Assembly: GCF_009914755.1 (NCBI RefSeq)
Contig: NC_060932.1
Length of the DNA: 64,000 nucleotides
Direction: 5' to 3' (one strand)
From: the human T2T-CHM13v2.0 reference genome, Homo sapiens
Below the pieces are notes generated by a model. That model saw only the letters and a list, made by a program, of their open reading frames with translations, ran no database searches and was not told the origin of the DNA. The position numbers were made by a program, and so were the translations under genes. Below, in pieces: positions 1 through 13,276 of the stretch (positions are counted from its first letter, which is position 1; every line of letters starts with the position of its first letter).

Positions 1-719
1 TGTTCTATGTTTCTCATCTGTAAATGAATATAGATGCTCATTTTTAACAATGACTGTCTCTTCTAATATTTTCACAAGTGTTAGGCAGGTGTTATCCTAT
101 AAATAAAATATAACTAGGAAAATAAGAGGCTAAAAGTTAATAGCTTTGAGTTGAAGCATCAGTCACCCCTCTAGAAGAACAAAAACACAGAGAAGATACC
201 CTAGAGAGAAAAAATAACAAAACCAAAGTCTCGGGGTCTGAGTTCCAGTGGAGGAAAACACAACTTCAGGTCAAGTAGGGCATTTTAAGGGAGGGAGAAA
301 GGAGGAGAAATGAGAGAAGAAAACTGACTGAGCAGACTGAGCTCCTTGAAAAATTATTATTTCAACTACCAGTATATGGTAGCAATTAAGAATGTGGACT
401 TTGATGTCAGCCACACTTATTCATACAATATTTCTTTTAAAAGAGTTCCTGGAGGTTAGAGAGGTTCCTAAAGAATTTTATTATGAAATGGAAAAGGTTA
501 TGGTCATTGAGACAAAACTGGAACATTTCTCTCCGATATATACATTCACTAAATCACATACATAAACACTCAAATACATTTATAATAATTTTCAATACCA
601 ATATTTTACTAAGAGTATGCTATTAGCTTCTTTTTAGCTATAATTTATCATCATTTCCCAAATATTTTTTTATCAAGCCTTTTTCAGGATGGATAATAGC
701 GAAATATATTTTTAGCTAA

Positions 720-1023
<304 letters not shown>

Positions 1024-1505
1024 GCTAATCCAGTAAACTTCTAAAAAGTGATGCTCATCCTTATCCAGAGGGCCACTTCAGTATTCCAACAGATGTTTTG
1101 TCTTTTTAAAAATGAGGCAAACATAAATTAACTCCTGTCCCATGCAGCTGTTTGTGAGAACTCTGACTGGCCTGGGGACACAACTGTTGACCTCATTGCC
1201 CTGTGGTATTTCCAAGATAACCAGCTCTCCTGCATCTGCTCAAAAGGTCTCCATTTGGGGAACTTGCCCTTTCCCGTACACTGTCTTTGTTTGTTCTCAA
1301 CTTTCAGCTTTCAGTCGTGGATTCAATTCTTGAGTTTATTGCCAATACCTTCACATTTACATTTCAGGATTAAGCAATTTTCTGTGTAACTGCTGTTTCT
1401 CCCTTCTGAAATTTATCTTAGTAATTGCTTAATTCATTTTTTTTCAAACCTATGTCTATGCAGAACTTCATGCCAAAATCCATTCATTTGGATCTCACAA
1501 CTGAT

Positions 1506-1802
1506 ATTTTCTTTTCTTTTTTTTTCTTTTTTTTTTGAGACTGAGTCCCGCTCTGTCACCCAGGCTGGACTGCAGTGGCATGATCTTGGCTCACTGCAAC
1601 CTCTGCCTCCTGCGTTCAAGTGATTCTCCTGCCTCAGCCTCCTGAGTAGCTGGGATTACAGGTGCCCGCCACCACACCTGGCTAATTTTTGTATTTTTAG
1701 TAGAGACAGGGTTTCACCATGTTGGTCAGGGTGGTCTCGAACTCCTGACCTCATGATCCACCCACCTCAGCCTCCCAACGTGCTGGGATTACAGGTGTGA
1801 GC
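1506..1802 (-). mobile_element. Alu (AluSg/Sc-like), ~12 nt 5'-truncated
   Basis: Reverse Alu ending at GTGAGC. TSD CTCACAA(C/T)TGAT at 1494-1505 and 1803-1814. Confidence 0.95.
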
Positions 1803-2589
1803 CTCACAATTGATTTCTAGTAGATGTATCTTTGATTCCTATCCCAGTCATACTCCTAACCTTATCACCTGGCTGCATGTATTCCTTGCCTATTTTCATT
1901 CTAGGGAGAGCACCTTATGACTTAATATGAAAACATATATTACATATATATAGTCCAACTGCCACCAATATATGCATTCCTGCTAAAGAAAGTATAATGC
2001 ATTAACTCTCCTAAATAATTTTATATTTTAACAAGGGATCGTATGTCCTGCAACTCAGAGAAACCACTTTCTGCTTCTAGCTATAAAGTATCAAGCATTC
2101 ACAAACAGCAGCAAGTTATTTCACTTATATGCATTTCATTCACTCAACAAACCTCTATGAAACACTAACTCTGAGTCTGGTCTTTGGAGAGGCTACTATG
2201 TGCCTGGTATGCTGTTGCATTCTTTTTAGCTGTAACTTCCTCCTGGTGTTAGGAGAGTTTGGCATGCTGTTGTAAAAGAAGCTAAGAAATAATACAAGTG
2301 TTGCATAAAGATTCTAATATTTTCTGAAATTTGAATGACTTTTCTCTACAAATACACTGTGCTTTCTGAGATTCTCTCCTAATCAGAAATTTTCTTTTGT
2401 TCTGAGAATAGGATAAGCTTTATAATGCTAGCAAGATATCTTGTGATTTCCTAATTAGGAGGACTACAGAAGCTGATACTAAATATTGAGAATCCTTTAA
2501 TGTCTATAGTGCTGCAGTATGATAGGCCAAATCATAAGTCATGATTTTTGTGTTAGGTCAAAATGGACAGGGTCGAAGTTAAATCACAT

Positions 2590-2810
2590 ATTCTAGAGAC
2601 AGCTATGCTGGATTCAGATGGTGCTTAGCTTCACCATCTGCTATTTCCATAACTATCTCTGTTTTAATTTCCTTATTTGTAAAATTGGAGAAATAGTAAT
2701 ACCCATAAGTAGGTTGTTATGAGGACTATATAAGTCAGCATATTCACAGTGCTTGGTACAATGCCTTGCACACAGCAAGTGCTATATGTGTTTGCAGTTA
2801 TTACTATTAA
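2590..2810 (+). mobile_element. MIR SINE
   Basis: Degenerate MIR core and tail: TTTCCTTATTTGTAAAATTGGAG...GGTTGTTATGAGGA...GCCTTGCACACAGCAAGTGCT. Confidence 0.75.
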
Positions 2811-3839
2811 ATAAATAACCTGCTGAAGAGTACATTTCAAAACACAAATCCCTCAGTGACCTCTATTATCAAATTGGAGGTGTATTTTCTTCATGACAAA
2901 ATATAAGCCTGGAGATACGACAAAAAGACATTTTAAAATTCAGTAAACCTCTTAAAATTACATGGGTAAAGAAAGAAGAGAATAATAATTTTCTGATGAA
3001 GTATTAAAACAATGCTGAAATCAAGTCATTGAATATGGATGTGAAAGTAGCCAGCGTTGTTTTTCTGTTTGACAAACAAGACTAGAGGGAGAAAAAAGAC
3101 AGCAAAAACTGATCACAGCTCTGTGTACTGAGAAGTAACTCAGAGTTTATTATGCACCCCTCTCCAAATCCCTCAGCAGAATAATAACACTGAGTGCTTA
3201 GATTCTGCATCCTGCCAGTGTCTAGAAATAAACAAAGTGTTGTGGGCTGAAGGGAAAGATAGAAGCAGAGATGTTACAGAAGTAAAGATTGAAGCATAAA
3301 ATAACAAGAAGGGCAGCATTATGAAAACAACTTAATTCTTGCAAGACTCTTTCAGTGTCTTGGAAGTATTAGCAGCCTTTAATGAGAGTGATAACACAAG
3401 GATTGACTTCTCTATAGTATCTCATTCACCTGATTTCTTGCATTATAGTTGCTCCTTTGTGTTAATGCATTGATTCCACTAAAATAGTCTTATAAAAATG
3501 TTCCTTACCTGTAGGAGACAAGGACCAATAATGCTAGGTCCCTTTTCAAGTCTAGTTAATGCTGGAAATCCTTATTTTGTGTGTGTGTGTGATTACACAA
3601 CTCCCGAGATGGAGCTCTGTCTTTGAAATACCTTCCCTACCTGCTTATTCTCACTGTCATTTTTCCCTGATTAGTAAAACACAGATGTCCCTACAACAGG
3701 CAACTAATTGGTTTAACTTTTTCCTAATGGAAATATTGTCATGGAGTATAAGAGGATGTGAGGTAACAGTATGAGAGCATATGTGGACATGAAGTGGGTG
3801 TCATGGAGACAGGAATGAGTACTGCAAAGAAGGCAGAGA

Positions 3840-4425
3840 TTCCTATAGGAAACCATTTGGTGATTTCTCAAAGATCTAAACATGAACTTACAATATGACC
3901 CAGCAATTCCATTATTTGGCATATACCCAAAGGAAAATCAATTATTCTACCAAAAAAACAGCCACGCTCATATGCTTATCACAGCACTACTCACAATAGC
4001 ACGATGACAGAATGAACCCAGGTGCCTATCAACTGTGTAGTAAATAAACAAAATTTGGTGCATATACATCACGGACTACTACACAGCCATCAAAAGCCAA
4101 AATCATGTTTTTTTGCAGCAATATGGATGCAGATGGAGGCCACTATCCTAGGTGAATTAATGCAGAAACAGAAAACTAAATACTTCATGTTCTCATTTGT
4201 GAATGAGAGCTAAACATTGGGTACGCATAGACATAAAGATGGAAATAATCGATACTGGGGACCACTAGAGGGAGGAGGAAGAGACAGGGCAAGGGTTGAA
4301 AAACTATCTATTGAATACTATAGTGACTATTTGAGTGATGGGTTCAATAGAAGTCCAAACTCCAGCATTCTACTATACATCCATGTAACAAACCTGTATC
4401 CCTGGTTTTAAGCCCTAAAAAAAAG
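3840..4425 (+). mobile_element. L1 3' end (L1PA15/16 or L1PB4-like)
   Basis: GACCCAGCAATTCCATT...GAGCTAAACATTGGGTAC...CATGTAACAAACCTG followed by an A-rich tail. Confidence 0.9.
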
Positions 4426-4475
4426 AAGGTGGATCTGGTAAGGAAACACATTCCATACTCCAATATTAGCTCTGC

Positions 4476-5020
4476 CAAGGATGTGATTAAGCCAGTTTCT
4501 ACCAGCTCTGGTGAGCCAGTTGTGGACATCTTTTCCCAACTCCATGTTAGTTACAATGGGGACAGCTTGAAGTTTTGAGGGTATTTACATCATAAAAATT
4601 GGCTAATGGTGGCTGGGTGCGTTGGCTCACGCCTGTAATCCCAGCACTTTGGGAGGTCGAGGCGGGTGGATCACCTCAGGTCAGGAGTTCAAGACCAGTC
4701 TGACCAACAAGGAAAAACCCCTTCTCTGCTAAAAATACAAAATTAGCCAGGTGTGGTGGTGCATGCCTGTAATCCCAGCTACTCAGGAGGCTGAGGCAGG
4801 AGAATTGCTTGAATCCAGGGGACAGAGGGCAGAGGTTGCAGTGAGCTGAGATGGTGCCATTGCACTCCAGCCTGGGCAACAAGAGCTAAACTCCATCTAA
4901 AAGAAAAACAAACAAAAAAAATTGGCCAATGCTACAAATCAGGCCTTTTAAAAAAAAAGAAAAGAAAAAAGAAAAAAAAAAAGAATACGAGTTTATGGCT
5001 AGTGATAAATAACATGCCTG
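4476..5020 (+). mobile_element. MER63A-like hAT DNA transposon, split by an Alu
   Basis: GAGCCAGTTGTGGACATCTTTTCCCAACTCC...GTATTTACATCATAAAAATTGGC, resuming after the Alu with AATGCTACAAATCAGG. Confidence 0.7.
4611..4915 (+). mobile_element. Alu (AluSp-like)
   Basis: Full dimer with A tail. TSD AAAAATTGGC(T/C)AATG on both sides. Confidence 0.95.
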
Positions 5021-5519
5021 TAAGCTACCATGAACACTCTAACCTGGGTTATTCTGAGAAATAAAACACAGGACAGATAAATATTAAATAGGCCACAACT
5101 TATTTAGAAATGGAAATATGCTATTATTTTGAAGATCAAATCTCACTATTCCAAAAATAAATCTTTGTACTTTCTCTATTATATCTTATATTCTATATAC
5201 TTATATGTCTGTCTTGTCCATGACATTGTGAATTTCTTACGGGTAGAACTGTGTATGATTTACTTCATTTATCTAGTGTTTAGTAATATTTAACAGACTC
5301 CTGAAGATTTCCAGACTTGCCATTTTTTTTATTTCTTTGCTTTTAACAGAACGGAAATATTACCTGTTTCAAAAATGTCTTGGGATTACTATAAGAATCA
5401 AACAATAGAACGTAAATGCCAGCCACTGTCCTAGGTAGAAACCTTTCATATAATTTCTAAAGTATCCTGTAAAATGCAGAACATGATATGAATATCAGTA
5501 TTTATTAGTTGTTCTTTGG

Positions 5520-5755
5520 AGACAGCCAGATAGTATAAAGAATCAGAGGAACTTTGGTTAAAACAATGACTTGCCACTTTCTAACTGTAAAACCTTTAGG
5601 AAAATCACTTAATGATTTTGAGCCTGTTCCACACTTTATAAAAGAGATAGATAAAACATAGCCGACAGGGTGAACATGAAAATTATTTTATATATGAAGC
5701 TCCTACCCAGCAGTTGCTGGCATATAGTAGATGCCTCACAAATGTTCATCCTTTC
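5520..5755 (+). mobile_element. MIR SINE
   Basis: TTGCCACTTTCTAACTGTAAAACCTTTAGGAAAATCACTTAA...GCTGGCATATAGTAGATGCCTCACAAATG. Confidence 0.65.
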
Positions 5756-6824
5756 CCTATTTCTCTAGTAATAGACATTTATACATGCAAAACTGTCTAA
5801 TGATGTTCATCTCAGTAATTTCTATTATAATGATCATCTTTGTCTTTATCACTGCAGTGTCTATGGACAAGATGCTTTTCACAATCATTCTATCTAAACA
5901 ACTAATCTTTTAGAGGAGGTCCAAATCTAGCGCACTTTAGATGCATTTTTGTTCTATAAAGAAAAAACACAATTCCAGTCAATTAATTACCACCATCATC
6001 ACACCAGCTGATGAATGTCTTCCAGCAAAAGCCTTTGGGAAGTTTTAGACAGAGCATAACTTAATTTTTGCAGTACTGTTGTTAAAACTCCCCTGCCATC
6101 CTCTTTCACAATGTTTAGCATAATGTGATGTTCACAGAGTCAGAGGCTGCTTGCATTAAGTTTGTGCAATGCACAGAAGATGCCTCCTAAAACCACCTTG
6201 GGCATCAACCTGTGTGTGCTGGAGAGATAGATAGTTTTCCTCTATCTGAGTATAATTTGTGAATTGAGCCAAGTGAAGCTTAGGGCTCTCATCTTTTCCA
6301 AGCAAGTATATTAAACTTAGGCCAGAGCAGAGGAAAGAAGTTTTTCCAGACATCTCTATGGGTGCCATTTTTGGGCCTTTGCTTTACTTGTGGAAATATT
6401 CACTCTGAATTATCTAACAGTACCATTTTTGAAACACGCATATGGAATTTGGTCTGAAAACTGATTCCTCTTTCATGCATATTTCCTAGACCTTTGGACT
6501 CAGTGACAACCTGCTTTAACTAAACTTCAAAATTAGGAAAGAGAATATCTTACATGTCATAATCTATGTAAAGAGAGGCACATCAGGTAGCTTTAAAAAA
6601 GGTTATGATAAGATGCTGATAGAGTTACACAGATGGAATGTTTACAAGCAAACTTTATCAATTTGAAAACAAACAACTTTCTCAGTTTGCAAAAAGGCAA
6701 CCTCATCTTGTTTTTTCAGTAGCAATCAAAATTTCTTAGAGAAGTACCTTAATTCTTGCATGTAAATGCTTGGATTCATCTTGGCTCTTTGGGGCTTCCA
6801 AGATCCTTACATATAGAATAACTT

Positions 6825-6950
6825 GCTTATGCATCTGACTCCTTCATCAGGCTGTAAACCTCCTCTAGGCTAGAAGCTGTAATAGTTTCATTTTCCTACT
6901 GTCTGGACCTTGCATGGTGACTGATACATAGTAGGCACTCAAAAATATTC
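6825..6950 (+). mobile_element. L2 3' end fragment
   Basis: GGCTGTAAACCTCCT...CTGATACATAGTAGGCACTCAAAAATATT. Confidence 0.6.
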
Positions 6951-8469
6951 TTCAGTTCACTCTTCCTCCTAAACCCAAGTCCAAAAGGAAAGGTCAGGGG
7001 TCGGGGAAAGCTGACATCCAACAATAATTTTGCACAAATCTTATTCAACCAGGTGAGTGAAGCTGTGATCACTTATATCTGCAATTTCTTCCAGTCGATA
7101 GTTGCCTCCCAGGGCACCTCGGGACTAATTAGATTAACTGTTACTGTCAGGGATATCTAATTGCTTGCATTGAAGAAAGCAAATTGCAGACAGTAGATAT
7201 CAGTGTAAAATCAAACAGAAAACAGGTGTTTGCTAATTAAAACTGAGATTTTAATGAATGACCCATGCAGTTTTGGTGAATAAATACCACTCTTGGCATC
7301 TGTTGTATAATTAGTTTCTCTCTCTCTCCTTTCTATCTCTGTCTCTCTCTTGTTTACACTCTCTGTCTTTCACTCTCTCCCTCTCCCCTTTTCTACCCTC
7401 TCAGATCCACTCTGTCAACATCATACTTGTAAATAACTGTGAAATGACAAATTTTTAAAATGCAGCCTAGTAATCTACTTTTTTCAAAGGGACAAAAACA
7501 GATGTTTCTGTCCAGGTAACTGTAAACAAATTAAGAAACTGAAAAGAAGTACCACCAATTTATATTCATACGTATGCATTTATCTAATAGTGTATACATT
7601 AAAGACAATAATATATTGATAAAAGAGGTGACAAGACTAAAAGTATGGGGAAAGATCACATTAAAACATTTTAAGGCACAAATTGGTCATGGTACCCTGG
7701 AGGAAGCTTATTATGGGTTCTGGTTCATCTACCATTTGAGGATTTATTTTGAGTTAATTGGGCTTCCTGCAGAGATGACCTCAGCTGATGGATGCTGGGT
7801 TTTGCTTTTTGATCCAGTTGAAAATGAAAGAGGAAAACTAATTTAAAAATATAATAATAAGTCTATGGAATGTGCCTGGTCAGCAGGTTTAACTGTATAG
7901 AAATGCTTCATTTTTAAGAAACCTAAAATGAGGGAACCAACTTAGAATGACTTAATAGACATGAAAGAAAGGACATGAAAAAATGCCAGGGTATTTTGTT
8001 GACATCATTGTGGAAACATTTTCACAACATTTATTTGTGTGTGTGTGAGAGTGCTCTAAGTGAATTTCTAGTTGTAGCTATTTTATGCAATTAAACCTGG
8101 CTGCCATATCTTGGTTACAGGAGCCCTGAGGATTTGGCAAAGCTATTGAGGGCTGTGTCAATTAATAAACAATTGAATATGTTGAAATCTAAGAAAATCA
8201 AGTGGCTTCTGGACAAGACTCCTTACTTATTCTAAGGTGTTGGATCAAAAGGCCATAAGGTAAGCATGTGATAAGCATATCCTACATATTGGAGACTTCT
8301 GAGCATGCCACCATTTTATTTCAAGAATAGGACCCATTTAAGCACAGCCATGAAAACAGAATATGCACCAACGCCCTTCATCAAATGTTTTGGATAATAT
8401 CTGAGAAACTTGATGTCATACTTGAATTTCTTTCTAGTGAAGATATATTCTTAGAAAACTCAATAGGAG

Positions 8470-9291
8470 TGATGGGGACAGAAGGCAGAGAAATTCTAGG
8501 AGGAAAATAACAGTTCCCCAGTGAAAACCCCACCCCCAAGCCAAAAAGCCCGAAACCACGGCCAAAAGTGATAACTTATATCCCTGTTTTCCAGCTCGAA
8601 TGTTGCCTTTTCCTAAACCACCCACGGCCCTGCCCTGCACCATCCTGTGCCTATAAAAACCCGACTCACCTGGTAGATGGGACTACAGCTGGACGTCAAA
8701 GAGAAGCGGCTTGACTTCAGAGGGATAGCCTGACAGTGTTAACTTCAGAGAAGAATCCGGCTGGACTTCAGGGGAAGATTACCTAACCACCCCCCAACCC
8801 ATCCCCTTTTCAGTTCCCCTTCCCGCTGAGAGCCACTGTCATCCGCAATAAAATCCCTCACATTTATCATCCTTCAATTCGTTTGTGCAACCTCATTTTT
8901 CCTGGATGCGGGACAAGAGCTCGGGAGCCATGAGTGTGGATACCAAAGACTGTCACACTGGCCCTTTGCCCTTGCTGGTGCCCCATGCAACAAGGCAAAG
9001 GGCCCACTGAACTGTTAACATTTAAGCCATCCACGGATGGCAGAGCTAAAAGAGCGCTGTAACCCGCCCTCTGGGGCTTCGCGGCTTACAGGCACCCCCA
9101 CATGGATGCTTCTGAGGGGGTCCTGCACAGAGTGTGCCAAAGCGGCCGGCCAGTTCCAATTGTCCTGCACTCCAATTCCTGCCTCATTTGCTCGTGGACT
9201 CCCTCCTGTCAGGAGCTGAGAGCGGCAGGCTGACTAAACGAGGCACCCCTGTTGCGAGTCCCACGAGGGGTCAGGGAAATATCCTGCTTCA
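8470..9291 (+). mobile_element. ERV1 solo LTR (LTR1 family-like)
   Basis: TG...CA termini; near-TSD GGAG/GAAG; TATAAAA at 8652; AATAAA at 8847; start TGATGGGGACAGAAGGCAGAGAAATTCTAGG resembles the LTR1 group. Confidence 0.85.
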
Positions 9292-9362
9292 GAAGTGATT
9301 CTCTCTTCCGAAATCAAAAAGACATAAAGCATATAACACACAGTTATACATACATACACTTT

Positions 9363-9528
9363 TGTTTTTAAATTATACTTTAAGTTCTAGGGTACATGTG
9401 AACAACATGCAGGTTTGTTACATATGTATACATGTGCCATGTTGGTGTGCTGCAACCATTAGCTCGTAATTTACATTAGATATATCTCCTAATGCTATCC
9501 CTCCCCCCACCCCCAGAAAAGCCCCCGA
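9363..9528 (-). mobile_element. Young L1PA (PA4-PA6-like) 3' end, heavily 5'-truncated
   Basis: ATTATACTTTAAGTTCTAGGGTACATGTG...CCTAATGCTATCCCTCCCC. TSD ACATACA(C/G)TTT at 9352-9362 and 9529-9539. Confidence 0.92.
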
Positions 9529-10309
9529 ACATACAGTTTTTAGAAGTGTTATTTTGTGTGTAGGGGGTCGATGGGTGTGTGTATGTGTGGATGTGTGTGT
9601 AGCAACTCTTTATGTGTATGTCCAAAATATCAACTGGCATAAATGACTGTGGGTAAAACTAGACTCTTGATGGTATTTCAGGAGAGGGTCTCACCTTTCT
9701 CTAAGTGCCGCATTGTACTATTTTTGACACTTCCAAAATGAGTGCTTCATTTGGCCCCCAAGATCCAGAGTCAGCATCAGCCAGTTTGTGTCACCTACGC
9801 TTTCTGTCTTTCCTGCCCTGACTGCCACTGGGTTTTCCCTGCTGTTTGTGAGTCTCCTCACAGGAGGTCTACAATGGCAAAGACATTGAAAATATTCATT
9901 GAGAAAGGCCACTCTCTGGGCTGCTGCCTCCCACACACCTCCTCCCTCAGACTTCAGTTTTCAGGATGCCAGAAGGAAGCCCAGCTTGAAACAGAATTTG
10001 GGATAATGATTTTCTATATTTCTGTGACATGTGTTGTCACATAAGCCCTGAAGCAAGTTGTTTTGCTTATGCTTGGACTCTCCCAAAATCTTTTATGAAA
10101 AGAATTCAGGCAGCTTGTGGTCCTCGAACCTCTTGATTCTGGTAGCTATGACCAAGTCCCTAAGATGGGTGAAGGCCCTCACTCCGAAGTGCTTTCTCTT
10201 CTACTGCTCTTCCTGACAGACTTCCCCCAGTCAAATGCCTTTCACCCTTATGCACTTGTATTTTAATTTTTAAATCACATAACAATTACAGACAAAAGAT
10301 CATTTATGT

Positions 10310-10790
10310 TGATATTTAAGTGGGACTCTATCACCAATATTAGAGACTATTACGAATCCCTCTGAAGCCTCACACTTCAGAAATAACAATTTCTCCAAAT
10401 TTTGTGTGTATCATGCCCTTGCTTTCATCTTAAAAGTTCGAATATGCATGTGTATATCCCTAAAAAGGTACCCTTATTAGTTTTGTATGTTTTAAACTAC
10501 ATATCAATGAAGGTTATGATAAATGCTATTCTGTGACTTGCTTTTTTACTCCTCACTTTATTAAATTCATCATTCAATTTCAATGTGTTCAGTTATATTA
10601 ATCGTTATCAAATGATAAATTTGCCTTGCATATCTGGGAAAAATAACTTGTTCATTATGCATTACTCTTCTTATATATTGCAGAAATTGATTTGCCAACA
10701 TTTGTTTAAGAGGTATTTACCTATATTCATGAGTGAGCTTGGCTTCCAGTTTCCATATATTGAACTATGTGTTTTCTTGTTTTGGAATCA
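10310..10790 (-). mobile_element. Old L1ME-type fragments
   Basis: Antisense L1M 3' text (ATTCTGTGACTTGCTTTTTTACTC) and ORF2-like text (CTATATTCATGAGTGAGCTTGGC). Confidence 0.6.
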
Positions 10791-11124
10791 GGAACTGCCA
10801 CGTGTCTCTGTTATTCTCCTACTCTGAATGAGAATATTTAATGTGATGTCTTTGACCTCTTTAACTGTTGTATTTTAGAGGTGGTGGAAGGGGCTGGACA
10901 TAACTTATCTCTTTCAGGTAATAGTTTGCCAGGATGTGAGGATCCATATGTTTTCCTATGGAAAGCTGTGAAAATCAAGTGAATTCTAGATTTCCAGGTA
11001 TAAGCTGAAAATAGTTTGAACCTTGGGTTATCTCCATGATAGAGGGTATAAGTGTCTTTCATGTGTGGAGAGAAGAGTGAAAGGCACATTTAGTGACCAG
11101 AAGTGTTAACCTGCAAAACCTGCA

Positions 11125-12030
11125 GACCAGTCATTAAACTCATTTCCTGTTCTTTCCAGCTCTTAGCTAGGCTGCATTTTCTGACCTCCCTAACAAGTAA
11201 ATAGGACCATGTAGCAAACTTCTAGCAATAAAAGTTGAGAAGAAGGTTATGAACATAATTTCTAAATCTGTATCCCCAAACCCATTTATGGATAATACTC
11301 TATGCTATTTTCTCTTTGACATGATGCCAACCAACAAGCACGATCACATTTCAGTCATGGTTATGTTGCCAAAACACCAGGGGAACAGTCTAGGTTCTGT
11401 TGCCTGCTGCACAGAAGGCCAATCACTGAGACAGTAAGTATTGTCAGGGAAGAAGGCGTTTTTGGGTGCTGCATCCTAGGAGGTGGGAGATCTTTCTCAA
11501 ATCCATCTTCTCAACTGGCTAAAATTAGGGGTTTGTATCTCAGGAAAGATATGTAACTATATGTGGGAAAATAGGAATTAGAGAGGGGTATGGAAGAGGA
11601 ATTGGTAAACAGGAATTAGGGAAAAGAAAGGAAGAGGAGTTGGAAAACATGAATCATGATGTATGAGGGGTCTGACAGATCATTGTCTGGATGCAGTGAT
11701 TTGGTGAGTTTCAGTTCCTTGATACTATGTGGAATGCCTGAGGGTTGGTTCCCTGAAGAAGGAACTCAGAAAAGACAAATGTAAGTCTCAGGCTTTAAGA
11801 TGAGGAGAGTCAATTTCTGTGTATATCCAAAAAATAGTAATTATCAGTTCTATGGGCCACTTGGGCCCAATTCAGTTCAAAGATGATAGAATGTATATAC
11901 TTAAGTCTGTAGTCCCTGGGTAGGTGATCTGTAAATCAGAAACACACGTTTAACACATCACATTAAAATTTTCTATTAATCCTTCTGTTAATCCATCGAG
12001 ATGATAAAGTATATCTATAAGAATAGCTCT
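11125..12030 (+). mobile_element. Old ERVL/MaLR LTR (LTR33/LTR16/MLT1J-like), interrupted by an ERV1 LTR
   Basis: GCATTTTCTGACCTCCCT...GGACCATGTAGCAAACTTCTAGCAATAAAAG. The continuation after 11875 is weak. Confidence 0.45.
11364..11874 (-). mobile_element. ERV1 (MER4-group, MER66-like) solo LTR
   Basis: TGTTGCCAAAACACCAGGGG...CACAGAAGGCCAATCACTGAGAC...GGGCCCAATTCA; TG/CA ends; near-TSD GTTA/GTTC. Confidence 0.8.
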
Positions 12031-12240
12031 ACTACTCAACTAATATACTCCAATTTCTTTCTATTCACCTTCTACAACTTCAGAAGTCTAGAAGACAAGC
12101 TAGATTTTATGACTTTCACCTACATTTCTCTTAATATCTCTTTTATATTCCTTTCTCTTTTGCTATGCTGAATTCCAGATAATTTCTTCCTATCTATCTC
12201 TCACTTCATGGAATATCTCTTTACACATTTCTAACCTGCT

Positions 12241-12500
12241 AAGGGATAGCAAAATGCAGTTAGATACAAGGAATAAATGTTACTACTCAACAGTACAGTA
12301 GGGAAATTATAGCTAACAATAATTTGTTGTATATTCCAAAATAGCTAGAAGTGTAATGTTTCCAATACAAAGAAAAGATAAATGTTTGTGGTGATGAATA
12401 TTTCAAGTACCCTGATCTGATAATTGCACATTGTATACATCTATCAAAATATCAGCAGTACCTCCAAAATATGCTCAATTATTGTATAAGTACAAAAAAA
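12241..12500 (+). mobile_element. L1MA 3' end
   Basis: CAAAATAGCTAGAAG...GGTGATGAATATTTCAAGTACCCTGATCTGATAATTGCACATTGTATAC plus A tail. Confidence 0.85.
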
Positions 12501-12727
12501 TTTAAACAATTATAATGTATTATTTATTTCTAAATGGTTTATTAGATTTAAAATTTTCTTGGTGTTTAATTTTTTCATATATTACCTTATACCCTTTAAC
12601 TTCCTAAAATATATTAGGTCTTCATATTTTAGAGTAAAATTCTGAAAATCCTTTGAGTATCTGATTTTACAATCTTTTCTTCCACTGATTTTCCCTTAGC
12701 AATGGCCTGTTTAAAGTGTTGTGATGA

Positions 12728-13276
12728 TGTTACTGAGAAATGGGCTGGCTACCTGATGCACATAGAAGCCAATACTATGGCAGTGGTTTTCTAGAAAAGA
12801 AAAGGCTTTACTGTGAGTCTACTGGCAAGGAGACAGGTGGCAACACTCAAATCTGTCTCCCTGAACTGAGGATGGTGGGGTAGGTGGGGAGGTTTTCTAG
12901 GCAGAAAGTAGCAATGAGAGAGACAGGAAAATGCAAGGAGGCGTGATCTGATTGGATCAGGCAAAGAGGTGGTGATGGGTCCTTGGCTCTTAAATCTGCA
13001 AAAAACAAACAAACAAACAAACAAAAAAACAGGTTCCCCATTGCTTCTTAATGTGTTCTCCATTCCCCAATCCGGACATTTAGGTTCCCTATGTGGTTGA
13101 CTTTTTGTTCTTGCCAGCTCTGGGGTCATGAATTGGGCAAGCTTGGTTCATCTGCATATCCTGAGGCTGTTTGACTTGCAACCTGGGGATTCATGGCAAC
13201 TGAAAAACAACTCACCATTTTATTACATTTTATCACTGACAAAGCTGAAACAGATTGAACTGGTTCTGCAATTACA
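12728..13276 (-). mobile_element. ERV1-class solo LTR (MER34/LTR48-group-like)
   Basis: TGTTACTGAG...GAAGCCAATACTATGGC...GGCAAGGAGACAGG...CTCAAATCTGTCTCCC...GCAATTACA; TG/CA ends; TSD unclear. Confidence 0.7.

Noticed and set aside
6170-6220. Imperfect hairpin CACAG..GATGCC / GGCATC..CTGTG
   Set aside because: Stem too short and bulged for a pre-miRNA; may be a decayed MITE.
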